DNA of 64,000 bases from assembly GCA_044229845.1 (NCBI GenBank), contig JBGASG010000007.1, forward strand, positions 1-64,000, in the 5' to 3' direction. Of the stretch, positions 1 through 8,458 are shown piece after piece; the stretch's first letter is position 1; each line of letters begins with the position of its first letter. The position numbers and the translations under genes are program-made. This DNA is from Candidatus Obscuribacteraceae bacterium (GTDB lineage Bacteria > Cyanobacteriota > Vampirovibrionia > Obscuribacterales > Obscuribacteraceae). The notes under the pieces were generated by a model. The model did not search any database. It worked only from the letters and a program-made list of their open reading frames with translations, and had not been told where the DNA came from.

Positions 1-3
1 CGC

Positions 4-2481
4 ATGTCGAACGAACAGGTCAAAGACTGGCTGAAGAGCAAGAGCGCTCTCAGTCTGCTCAACTACGAAAACTGGACCAGCGACCGCTCCGCGCGCGCCG
101 AACAGATTCGCAAAGACTGGAATTGCATTACTTACATTTTCCGTTCGGCTAAGTCTATTCACGATTACATGATGGATGGCACCAAGGCATCCGACAATGA
201 GCGCGATGAGGTATGGAAGAAGTTCGCCCGCCTGGCACGCGGCTCCACCGAAGATGTCGACCCGGCCGGCTTGATGCCCGCCGTCGATGTCGATCAATTG
301 AAGAGAGCACTGCTCGGCGATGTGGAAGCTGAAATCGCTGCCAACAAGAAACGTTCGAAGGACAACGACGATGTCACCAAGTCATCGCAAGAGCGCATTG
401 CTGCGCTGCGCAAAGAAATAACCGATGCCCAGACGACATTGCAGAACGCGACGCGAAACATGCAGCCTGCGGATCCGGCACGCCAACTGCTCGAGAAACA
501 GAACGCCGAGGGCACCGCGCAGAAACAGAAAGAGATCGACAATCTCGAGAAACGCATACGTGACATTCAAGCCGAACAAGTGAAACTGCAGGAAGACCTG
601 CGCAAAGCCGAAGGCGTGAAGCGCCTGATCGACAAAGGCATCAACCTGCAAGACGGCAACACTCAAAAAGAAATCGCAGCTGCTCTGGCGAAGCGCCAAG
701 CCTATTTGATTTTGATGACCGGCGGCGGCGTCGACGGCACTCCGGACCAGAAAAATCCGCACTGGGCGGAATATGGCATGCCGGTGTACACCGACACCAC
801 GACCACGAAACAATGGCAAATTGCTGCCGCGAACGTGCTCGCCGACTGCTTGAAGGACGGTGCACTGGGTCGCTCGCAGGCCGCGGAATACGTGAAGCGC
901 GCGCTCACCGGCGGCGAAATTCCAGCCGAGGCGCGGACAATCTTGCTCAATGCGTGGCGCGACCTGGCCAAGGTCGGCGGCGACAAGTTGCGCGAGCAAC
1001 TCAGCTTGACCGAAGAAGAAGTCGGCGCCGTGACGCTCAAGGCTCTGGAATGGGAGCTGAGCCGCGCGGAAGGCGAGCAATCGAAGGACTATCAGAAGGC
1101 ACTGTTGAACGACTTGTTGGCTTATCGCTACCGCCCGGCATTCGCAGTGTTGGAAGGCATGGCCGATGCCGGCAAGCTCTCCAAGTGCGACAAAGAAGTG
1201 CGCGAACTGGCGATGAGTGTTGTCGAACAACTGCGCGACGGCGTGTATGGACTTTGGGATCGTACCATCGCCGATGGCGCTTCTACCGGTGCGGTCCGCG
1301 GTCAGCGCATGCAAGAGCGCTGGGACGCCTACAACAAGTTGATCGATCCGAACTCGCCGCTGCGCCGCGGCTCCTGGGTCGATACGGAACTGGCTGCCGA
1401 TCAGGTCGTGCAGTCGGTGTTCAACAATTACAAAGACTACAAATTCAAGACCGCCGCCGAAATGGCTCCGGTGATGCAACTTCTGGATTCGCCGCACGAC
1501 AAAATCAGATTGGCGGCCGCCAAAGTATTGCTGCAAGGTTCGGCGGCAACGCCGGATGCAGGAGCCGCGCGGCAGAAGGCGCTGCTCACGTTGTCCGGTA
1601 TCGCCATCGACGGCAAGCAAGCACAGTATCGTCGCGATGCGAAGTCCGAACTTAACGCATTCGCTGCCGACAAGTCGCCTTCGGCTAAGGCCGAAGAGTG
1701 GAAAGGAAACCGCTGCGAAATCGAGCTGCCGACAACCGACGGCACAAAGAAAGTGATCAGCATCCAGCGCGTCGGCGAAGGTCGAGTGGCGATTGTCGAA
1801 ACCACCAACTCCGCCATTACCGCGGCTGTTGACGGACTTGGGCGCAGCCGCCGCTTCGGACGCGAAAACGGCATCATCAATGTGATGATCGACAACGGCA
1901 CGCACTACGCACGTCAAAAAGACCAGCGCGGACAATACACCCGCGAGTGGATCATCGACGGCGATCCGAAGAAGAGATTCCATGGCGAAGCAGATGTCAC
2001 CGCCGATGGTGTCTATTCCTGGTGGAGTGTCAACGGCAAAGAAACCAACGTGTTCACCCTCGCAGGTAACTACTCGGCGATCGCTCTGGAGCGCGCTAAC
2101 GGTCAGATCGTCGCCATCCAATATCCGGATGTGCGCGATCCGGAAGATGTGGTGCGCCGGACATTCAAACGCGACGGCGAAGAAATCACAGAGATGACCT
2201 ACTACCGCAAAGGCAATCCGCATCCGATTACCGCTACGCGCCAGAAAGGCAACGACGGCAAGTGGGCGGACAGCTGGGTGATTACCTGCCACATCGGCAG
2301 CAACGCCGCAGGCTGGACACCGACGACGCGCGGTCCGTGGGGCGGCAAGATGTCCCTCGACGATAAGGGCAACTACCGCTTCGACGGCAACGGCTACAAC
2401 GAAAGCCAGTCGGCCGAAGGCAAGTTCCATTCGTCGTCCGCCTCATCGGGCGGCTCCGACGACTTCGTCAACGACGGCTAA
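4..2481 (+). CDS. Large hypothetical protein, probably 5'-truncated by the window edge; coiled coil, helical (HEAT-like) middle, C-terminal beta-rich repeats
   Basis: 825-aa ORF with an in-frame sense codon at 1-3, so it probably begins upstream. Coiled-coil segment (QERIAALRKEITDAQTTLQ...), HEAT-like motif LLDSPHDKIRLAAAKVLL, two similar beta-rich C-terminal units. Confidence 0.75.
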   Translation: MSNEQVKDWLKSKSALSLLNYENWTSDRSARAEQIRKDWNCITYIFRSAKSIHDYMMDGTKASDNERDEVWKKFARLARGSTEDVDPAGLMPAVDVDQLKRALLGDVEAEIAANKKRSKDNDDVTKSSQERIAALRKEITDAQTTLQNATRNMQPADPARQLLEKQNAEGTAQKQKEIDNLEKRIRDIQAEQVKLQEDLRKAEGVKRLIDKGINLQDGNTQKEIAAALAKRQAYLILMTGGGVDGTPDQKNPHWAEYGMPVYTDTTTTKQWQIAAANVLADCLKDGALGRSQAAEYVKRALTGGEIPAEARTILLNAWRDLAKVGGDKLREQLSLTEEEVGAVTLKALEWELSRAEGEQSKDYQKALLNDLLAYRYRPAFAVLEGMADAGKLSKCDKEVRELAMSVVEQLRDGVYGLWDRTIADGASTGAVRGQRMQERWDAYNKLIDPNSPLRRGSWVDTELAADQVVQSVFNNYKDYKFKTAAEMAPVMQLLDSPHDKIRLAAAKVLLQGSAATPDAGAARQKALLTLSGIAIDGKQAQYRRDAKSELNAFAADKSPSAKAEEWKGNRCEIELPTTDGTKKVISIQRVGEGRVAIVETTNSAITAAVDGLGRSRRFGRENGIINVMIDNGTHYARQKDQRGQYTREWIIDGDPKKRFHGEADVTADGVYSWWSVNGKETNVFTLAGNYSAIALERANGQIVAIQYPDVRDPEDVVRRTFKRDGEEITEMTYYRKGNPHPITATRQKGNDGKWADSWVITCHIGSNAAGWTPTTRGPWGGKMSLDDKGNYRFDGNGYNESQSAEGKFHSSSASSGGSDDFVNDG

Positions 2482-2520
2482 GACCTCCACGAACGCTACG
2501 GCATCAAGCCCAAGCAAATT

Positions 2521-2556
2521 GGCGCCCCGGCACTCAAGCAAAAGTGTCGGGGTGCC
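2521..2556 (+). terminator. GC-rich hairpin, candidate intrinsic terminator of the upstream gene
   Basis: ggcgccccggcact (2521-2534) pairs with agtgtcggggtgcc (2543-2556) using two G-U pairs; followed by tccgattttctctt; 40 nt after the stop. Confidence 0.55.
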
Positions 2557-2670
2557 TCCGATTTTCTCTTAGGACAAATCAACAGAAGTGTTGATCGACC
2601 CCACAGGCGCCGAAAAAATCGAGATTTAAACAGAAGTGTTGATTTGCCCTAAGGAGATCTGAGGCACCCC
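2549..2670. repeat. ~122-bp element bounded by imperfect ~35-bp inverted repeats (MITE/REP-like) with an internal 15-bp direct repeat
   Basis: Left arm ggggtgcctccgattttctcttaggacaaatcaaca (2549-2584) versus reverse complement of the right arm (2637-2670) ggggtgcctcagatctccttagggcaaatcaaca; aacagaagtgttgat at 2581-2595 and 2629-2643. Confidence 0.6.
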
Positions 2671-2751
2671 CAGGCTCGAAGGCACCATGGCCCAAAGGCA
2701 CCGGGGGTGCGAAGGTATAGCGGCAGGCTCCGATGCACGGTGTCTGCGACG

Positions 2752-5700
2752 TTATGTGCCGCCGTAGCGCGAGTGACCCATGCTGCCGGATGGTTTGGCT
2801 TCCGGCATGGAGAGGCGCACCGCTATGACGATGGCGGCAACTGCACCGACCGGACCGGCGATACGCGCGATAGCTTTCACCCGACCGCCGAAGACAGGAT
2901 CTGTTTGCGCGCGGTCCATGTTGGCGTTTTCGGCAATCAGGCGGCGCTGCTCTGCTTCCAGTTGTGTGCGTTTGGTGGTGTCGAGTCCTTTGTCTGCCAG
3001 TTCGGTTTCGATGGCTTTGAGTCTGGTCTGGTTGGCAACTTTCTGCGCTTCCAGGGCTTTGACGTCTTCTTGCGTGAGTTTTTCTGCAGTGCGGTCGCCG
3101 GCACCGGTCGTGTGTTGCTCGCTGGTGACGTTGCCGCCGGAGACGTTGGTGCGGTCGAAAGCCAGTTCGGGCAACGGAGTCGCAGGTCCCGGCGTGCCGC
3201 CGGTTGAAGCGGTCGGGGTGACTGTGGCGCGGGTGCGCGCCAGCGCTTCGTTGATGGTCTTCGCTTCAGTTGCGTAGCCGGTCTTCATCTTGTTGAGCGC
3301 TTCGACCATGGCTTTCTTGGCCGGGTCGGCTTCGTTCTGCGCGATAGCATCATCGATGGCGGCGCGAACGTCGGCAGAAGCGGCTTCGCCGGGGGCAGCG
3401 GTCAAGCGATTGTTCACTTCGAGCAAGGCTTCCACTTGCGCGACCGAGACGCCGTCGGCAACTGCCGGAGCGGGCGTGACTGCACCGGTTCCGCCAGTGC
3501 CGTCACCGGTAGGTTTGACGGTGCCGTCGCCGGTGGTGCCGGTGCCGCCGGTCGGTTTGACGCCGCCGTCACCGGCGGTGGTGCCGACATTGCCTTGCAC
3601 GCCCGGACGCAGCCGTTCGGTTACTTCGGTCGTGCCTTTCTTCGCATCGTAGTCGGCCAGCCATTCGGCATAGGTTTGACCGGAGTTGCCAGCTTTGTCG
3701 CTGGTCTTCTTCACATAGGTTTCGCCAACCAGTTTCACTTTACCGGCACCGGCGTCGGTAGCTTCCGACACCAGTTGATAGACACGTTGCGGTCTGCCGT
3801 CTGTCTTGGCTTTCTCGACCAGATACTCACGCTCTGTGCCGTCGATGTTGAGACGCTTGCGATCGAATTGCGCTTCGATTTCAGCCTTGGTGCGCGACTG
3901 CTCGCGTCCCTCGGGGATCTTGTCGATGTTGAGCAGGGTAACTGTGTCGCCTTCGCGAGCGATCGGGCGATAGTTGTCGCCGCCACTGGAGATCGGCTTG
4001 CCTGTCACAGCTCGACCCGAGCCGGGGGACGGAGGAGTCGGCGCCGGTGCATCACCGAGGCGCTTCAGTGCGTCTTTGAGGGCGGTTTCCGCTGCCGTCA
4101 GCCGGGCTGCCAGTTCTTCGCCGGCGCGGGTTTGCGTTCTCAGGCGTTCATCCAGCTGCTTCAACGCTTCTTGTGCTTGTTCGGCTTGCGCTTGCGCGCG
4201 GGTCACTTCGCCCTGCAAGCGGGTGCGCTCAGCGGCACCGCCTTTCTCGGCTTCCGCCAGTTTGCCTTGCAATTCGGTGACGGTTTTCGACGCTTCCGTG
4301 GCTTGTTTGACAGCCGCTTCGCGAGCCGTCGCTTCTTCCTGGGCCTTAGTGGTCGCCAGGTTCAACTCCAGTTTGGCCGCTTCATATCTGGTTTGTAGTG
4401 CCGCCAGTTGCGCCTTCACTTCTGCAACTGCATCTGCCTTGGTGGTGTCGGCTTTAGATAGTTTCGTCTCGGCTTCTTTAATGGCACGCTCGAGATCCGC
4501 GACTTTGGTTTCGGCAGCCTTGCGCTGCGTTTCTTCTTGCTTCGCGCGTTCTTCAGCTTGCTGTTTGGCTGTTTCGTTGGCATCCGCCGTCTTCTTAGCG
4601 GCCTCCAGCTGGCGCTTCAAGCCTTCGATGGTGGCAGCTTCGGTCTGCAATTTGCCGGTGGCTTCGGTAAGTTCTGCGCGGGCGGTTTGCAATTCGGTGC
4701 CGATGCGTTTTTGTTCTTCGATCGCTTTGGCCACGCGACCTTCCGATTCCGTCAACTTCTTGGTTGCTTCGTCGAGTTGCGCCTGCAGCCGGGCGGCAGT
4801 CTCGCCGGCGGTCTTCTCCAGCGCTGCCTTCTCGTCACCAGATTTGGTGGCGGCTTCGCGCAGGTCGGCTTGCGCCTTCGCCAGGTCTGCCTGTAATTGT
4901 TTGACGGCGTCGGCTTGCTTGGTGCGCTCGGTCTGTTCTTCTTTGAGCTTGGTTTCGAACTCGCCTCGCGCTTTCTCGGCGGCGTCGTACTTCTCTTGCA
5001 GCGTCTTCAATTTGGTATTTGCTGCTGCCAGATCGGCTTCGGTACCTGTCTTCTTCTCGATCTGCGTCTTGGCGGCATCCAGTTCAGCCTTGATGTCGGC
5101 CAGTTCTTTTTCGCGAGCCGTGCGTTCTTTCTCGGCTTCGGCGGCGCGAGTCTCGGCTTGTTGCTTGGCTTGCTCAGCTTGTTTCAATTGTGCGTCGCGG
5201 GCATCGAGTTGCTTTTGCAGTTCGGCGATGCGGGCAGCGTCGCCGCCCATTTTCACTTGTGCGTCCTGCAACTGCGTGCGGGCGGTGGCCAGCTCTGTCG
5301 CCAGGCGTGTTTGTTCGCGTGCTTGTGTTTCAACGCGAGTGTCGGACGCCTTGAGCTTGGTCTCCAGCTCTGTGATTTTGGTTTTGAGTTCGCCTTCGAC
5401 CTGTTCGAGTTTTTTCTGGTCGGCAGCGGTTTTGTCCTTTAGGGCGGCGAAGTCGGCTTGCGCCTTGGTCAGCTTTTCCTGAGCAACCTTCAGTTCGTCG
5501 GTGACCGTCGTGCGTTCTTTCTGTTCAGCAGCCAGTTGACGTTCGAACTCCTTGGCGGCCTTCGTCGCTTCTTCATACTTGGCGCTCAGGTCGGACAGTT
5601 TCGCTTTGGCATCAACCAGGTCGGCTTCGGTGCCTGTCTTGCCATCAAGTTCTTTGCGGGCGGCATCAAGGTCGGCTTTGATCTTGACCATCTCGGCTTC

Positions 5701-8283
5701 GCGGGCGACGCGTTGTTTTTCGGCTTCGGCGGCGCGTTCGGTGGCGACGCGGTTGGCTTCGGTCAGCGCTTTCACTTGCGCATCGCGCTCGGCGAGCCCC
5801 TGCTCCAGGGTTTGCACGCGCTGGCTTTCCGTCTGCAGTTTTTGCTGCACATCCGCGAGGCTTTTCTGCAGTTCGGCTGCTTTCTCGCGCGACTTCTCTG
5901 TTTCGACTATTTGCTGCGCCAGTTTTTTGTTGACTTCATCAAGGCTTTGCGAGTTCTTGGTGAGGTCGCCTTGCAGCTGCTTGATTTGCTTGTCGAGCTC
6001 GGCGCGTTTTTCTTTGTCTGTTTCGGCAAGTGCCGCCAGGTCTTTCTGGGCCGTTTCCAGTTTCGTCTTTGTTTCTTGATAGGTCTTGACGGCCGCTTCG
6101 CGCTGGGCGGCTTCGGTCTTGATGCGTTCTTCGGCTTTGGTGACGGCTTCGGTCGCCTTCTCGAGCTGCTTTTGCAGACCGTCGATCTCGGTCGTGTATT
6201 TCTTGCGCTCGGTTTCGTTGAGCTTTTCTTGATCGGCGAGAGCCTTTTTGGCTTCTTCCAGTTTCTGCTTGGTTTCTTCGTGGGCTTTCTTCGAATCTTC
6301 GAGCAGTTTGTTGAGGGCGTCCTCGAATTCGCGGGTTTTCTGTTCGCGCACTTCGCCCTGCATGCGAGTCCAGTCACTGAGATTGACTTGCGGTGAGGCG
6401 AGCTTCATGAATTCGGCGACGTCCGCACCGTTCAGCTTCTGCACGTTGGCGACGGCATCTTTGAACTTGAGCACCATCTGTGTGTCGGCGTTGACAGTGC
6501 GATTGACGAAACTGCCATCGGCTTGCTTGACCTTGATAGTGCCGTCCTGGTTGATACCTTCGATGGTGCCGACTTCGACGCCCTTGTCCGTGAAGACGAA
6601 CTTCTGCTTTTCGGTCATGGCCGCATCGTGCTGGACATCGAGCTTGGAAATCATGGCGGCGCGGTCGGGCAGCCCCTTTAAGCGCAGCTCCAGCTCTGCT
6701 TTCAGCTGTTTGACTTCGCGCTGATCGGCAGCCACGATTTCATAGCGGATGCGGTCGATATTCTGTACGGGAATTTTTTCGACGGTGCCGTCGGCACGGG
6801 TCGCTTCGTAGTATTTGCCGTCGGCGCTTAGCTTCTCGAGCGGCTGGCCGGTGATTTTGTCGAACGCCTTGACGCCGCGCTCGGCAGCGGTTTTGGTGGC
6901 GTCTACGGTGACTTTCACCTGTTCGCCGTTTTCGACGTGCTGGCGCACCACATCTTTGCCGAGGTTCCTGTAGATCTCGATGCCTTTGCTGATACCCAGA
7001 GCGGCGAGAATGGCGGCCAGTCCGCGCACCCAATCTTCTTTGGAGTAGTCTTTGACGGTTTCCCAGAAGTTCTTGCCGCCGGCGGGAGTTTCCGGAGCCG
7101 GAGGTGTGAAGCCATCACCGGTGTTGGTGGTAGGTGTGGGCGGTTCGACCCGCACCGGAGCAGGAGGCTCGATGGGCGGAAACTGCGGATTGGGCAACGT
7201 GCGTTGCGGCGGCGCCACGTCGGGTCCGAGCACCTGACGAATCAAATCGGGGCGCGGAGCAAAGCGGAACGTCGGCGCCATCTTCGCCACGTACTCCATG
7301 GTTTGCTTTTCGCGGCGATGCAGTTCGGTGGCGCTGTACGGATAGATTTTGTTGGACTCATCGATCGTTCGTGCCGGAGCGGGTCCGCCTGTGCGGTCAA
7401 CAGCGGGAACGCGCGGCAAGTTCGGCGACACATCGGGCGGAGGTTGGGTGCCGAATTGTGTTGGGCGACGGGTATCAGTCGGCGAACCGTGGAAGTTGTA
7501 GAAATCACCGGCGGAGGCGCGCACCGGCTGTGGTGGCCTGCGGACATCTGGTCCGGGAGCGGGCGGCTGCGGCACCGGCGGTCTTTCTAAGGCGCGGCCC
7601 TGAGCACGCGCTTGTTCCAGCATTTTTATGAAGTTGGGGTCGCGTCCGATTTCAGGACGCAGCTCGAGTCCTTTGGCGACCAGTTTTTCGCCTTCGGCAG
7701 TCTGCCCGTTGGCAATGAATCTCATGCCGGCTTGCACGCGTGTGCTGCCGGGGGCGAGATAGCAGCCCCAGAGCCTGTCTTCGTCCTGCAGGCAGGCGGT
7801 GCGCTGCCCGCGCAATTGTTGTTCGGCGCAGGGGCTCATCCGGCGGCAACGGCTGTTGCGACAGCAGCCGTCGGCGCCGCGAGCGAGCGTCAAATCGATG
7901 CCTTGCATGCGAGAGCAAGCGCAGCATCGGTCGTTAAAGACATTGCGTTGTGAAATGCGGTCGGCGGCGGCGATGGCTGCCATATATTTAGGTTTGGCAA
8001 ACTCGAAGCCAAATTGATTCTCGGTTTGCAAAGCGCCGTAAGTCATAGCGCGCGGGTCTTCGAAACGCCCGCGCTGTCTGTGGTCGTTAATGGTGACGCG
8101 AGTGCGCTGGTCAGTGACGTCGCAAGCCAGGCGGTCTCTGCATGACCCGCCGCCGGCGATTACATCCGGTCCGGCGGGCTGACGAATCTCGCCCCGGAAG
8201 ACCGGCGAATTATGGTCTGGCTCGTAAAGCTTGGCTGGCTGTTTGGGGACGACAGGAGCTGCTGCGTCATCATAGGGGGGCAT
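2752..8283 (-). CDS. Giant (1843 aa) hypothetical protein with a very long coiled coil and two hydrophobic segments
   Basis: Long ORF with GAGGA upstream of the ATG; roughly 780 aa of continuous E/K/A/Q/L-rich heptads; hydrophobic stretches WVRGLAAILAALGI and IAGPVGAVAAIVIAV; Pro- and Gly/Thr-rich linkers. Confidence 0.85.
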   Translation of the reverse strand: MPPYDDAAAPVVPKQPAKLYEPDHNSPVFRGEIRQPAGPDVIAGGGSCRDRLACDVTDQRTRVTINDHRQRGRFEDPRAMTYGALQTENQFGFEFAKPKYMAAIAAADRISQRNVFNDRCCACSRMQGIDLTLARGADGCCRNSRCRRMSPCAEQQLRGQRTACLQDEDRLWGCYLAPGSTRVQAGMRFIANGQTAEGEKLVAKGLELRPEIGRDPNFIKMLEQARAQGRALERPPVPQPPAPGPDVRRPPQPVRASAGDFYNFHGSPTDTRRPTQFGTQPPPDVSPNLPRVPAVDRTGGPAPARTIDESNKIYPYSATELHRREKQTMEYVAKMAPTFRFAPRPDLIRQVLGPDVAPPQRTLPNPQFPPIEPPAPVRVEPPTPTTNTGDGFTPPAPETPAGGKNFWETVKDYSKEDWVRGLAAILAALGISKGIEIYRNLGKDVVRQHVENGEQVKVTVDATKTAAERGVKAFDKITGQPLEKLSADGKYYEATRADGTVEKIPVQNIDRIRYEIVAADQREVKQLKAELELRLKGLPDRAAMISKLDVQHDAAMTEKQKFVFTDKGVEVGTIEGINQDGTIKVKQADGSFVNRTVNADTQMVLKFKDAVANVQKLNGADVAEFMKLASPQVNLSDWTRMQGEVREQKTREFEDALNKLLEDSKKAHEETKQKLEEAKKALADQEKLNETERKKYTTEIDGLQKQLEKATEAVTKAEERIKTEAAQREAAVKTYQETKTKLETAQKDLAALAETDKEKRAELDKQIKQLQGDLTKNSQSLDEVNKKLAQQIVETEKSREKAAELQKSLADVQQKLQTESQRVQTLEQGLAERDAQVKALTEANRVATERAAEAEKQRVAREAEMVKIKADLDAARKELDGKTGTEADLVDAKAKLSDLSAKYEEATKAAKEFERQLAAEQKERTTVTDELKVAQEKLTKAQADFAALKDKTAADQKKLEQVEGELKTKITELETKLKASDTRVETQAREQTRLATELATARTQLQDAQVKMGGDAARIAELQKQLDARDAQLKQAEQAKQQAETRAAEAEKERTAREKELADIKAELDAAKTQIEKKTGTEADLAAANTKLKTLQEKYDAAEKARGEFETKLKEEQTERTKQADAVKQLQADLAKAQADLREAATKSGDEKAALEKTAGETAARLQAQLDEATKKLTESEGRVAKAIEEQKRIGTELQTARAELTEATGKLQTEAATIEGLKRQLEAAKKTADANETAKQQAEERAKQEETQRKAAETKVADLERAIKEAETKLSKADTTKADAVAEVKAQLAALQTRYEAAKLELNLATTKAQEEATAREAAVKQATEASKTVTELQGKLAEAEKGGAAERTRLQGEVTRAQAQAEQAQEALKQLDERLRTQTRAGEELAARLTAAETALKDALKRLGDAPAPTPPSPGSGRAVTGKPISSGGDNYRPIAREGDTVTLLNIDKIPEGREQSRTKAEIEAQFDRKRLNIDGTEREYLVEKAKTDGRPQRVYQLVSEATDAGAGKVKLVGETYVKKTSDKAGNSGQTYAEWLADYDAKKGTTEVTERLRPGVQGNVGTTAGDGGVKPTGGTGTTGDGTVKPTGDGTGGTGAVTPAPAVADGVSVAQVEALLEVNNRLTAAPGEAASADVRAAIDDAIAQNEADPAKKAMVEALNKMKTGYATEAKTINEALARTRATVTPTASTGGTPGPATPLPELAFDRTNVSGGNVTSEQHTTGAGDRTAEKLTQEDVKALEAQKVANQTRLKAIETELADKGLDTTKRTQLEAEQRRLIAENANMDRAQTDPVFGGRVKAIARIAGPVGAVAAIVIAVRLSMPEAKPSGSMGHSRYGGT

Positions 8284-8286
8284 CGT

Positions 8287-8354
8287 AGGCTATCCTCGCG
8301 AGATCCTCGAAAAGGACCGAGAGCCGGATGAGTGATTCATCCGGGTGATAGCCT
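8287..8354 (-). promoter_or_regulatory. Predicted three-way-junction RNA structure in the 5' UTR, sequestering the Shine-Dalgarno
   Basis: Stems 8287-8294/8347-8354, 8324-8331/8337-8344, 8295-8298/8318-8321 and 8304-8307/8313-8316; ends 3 nt before the ATG at 8283. Confidence 0.4.
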
Positions 8355-8458
8355 GCCTTGGGATAATCTATCCCGAACCCACAGAGATTTTGACACGCTC
8401 GACCCAAATTAAATATGTGGATTCACGTGATCATGCGAATAAACCGCAAACCGCGATC

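Noticed and set aside
382..2430. 682-aa minus-strand ORF (and similar long shadow ORFs such as 3974-5482 +, 29938-30954 +, 35199-36125 +)
   Set aside because: Antisense to well-supported genes, no motifs; expected from GC-rich codon bias.
2581..2643. Two 15-bp direct repeats separated by 33 nt, resembling a minimal CRISPR unit
   Set aside because: Only two short copies, no cas genes in the window; better explained as part of the inverted-repeat element.
2752..8283. Calling the giant coiled-coil protein an SMC or phage tape measure
   Set aside because: No Walker A/B, signature or hinge motifs, and no phage structural genes nearby.
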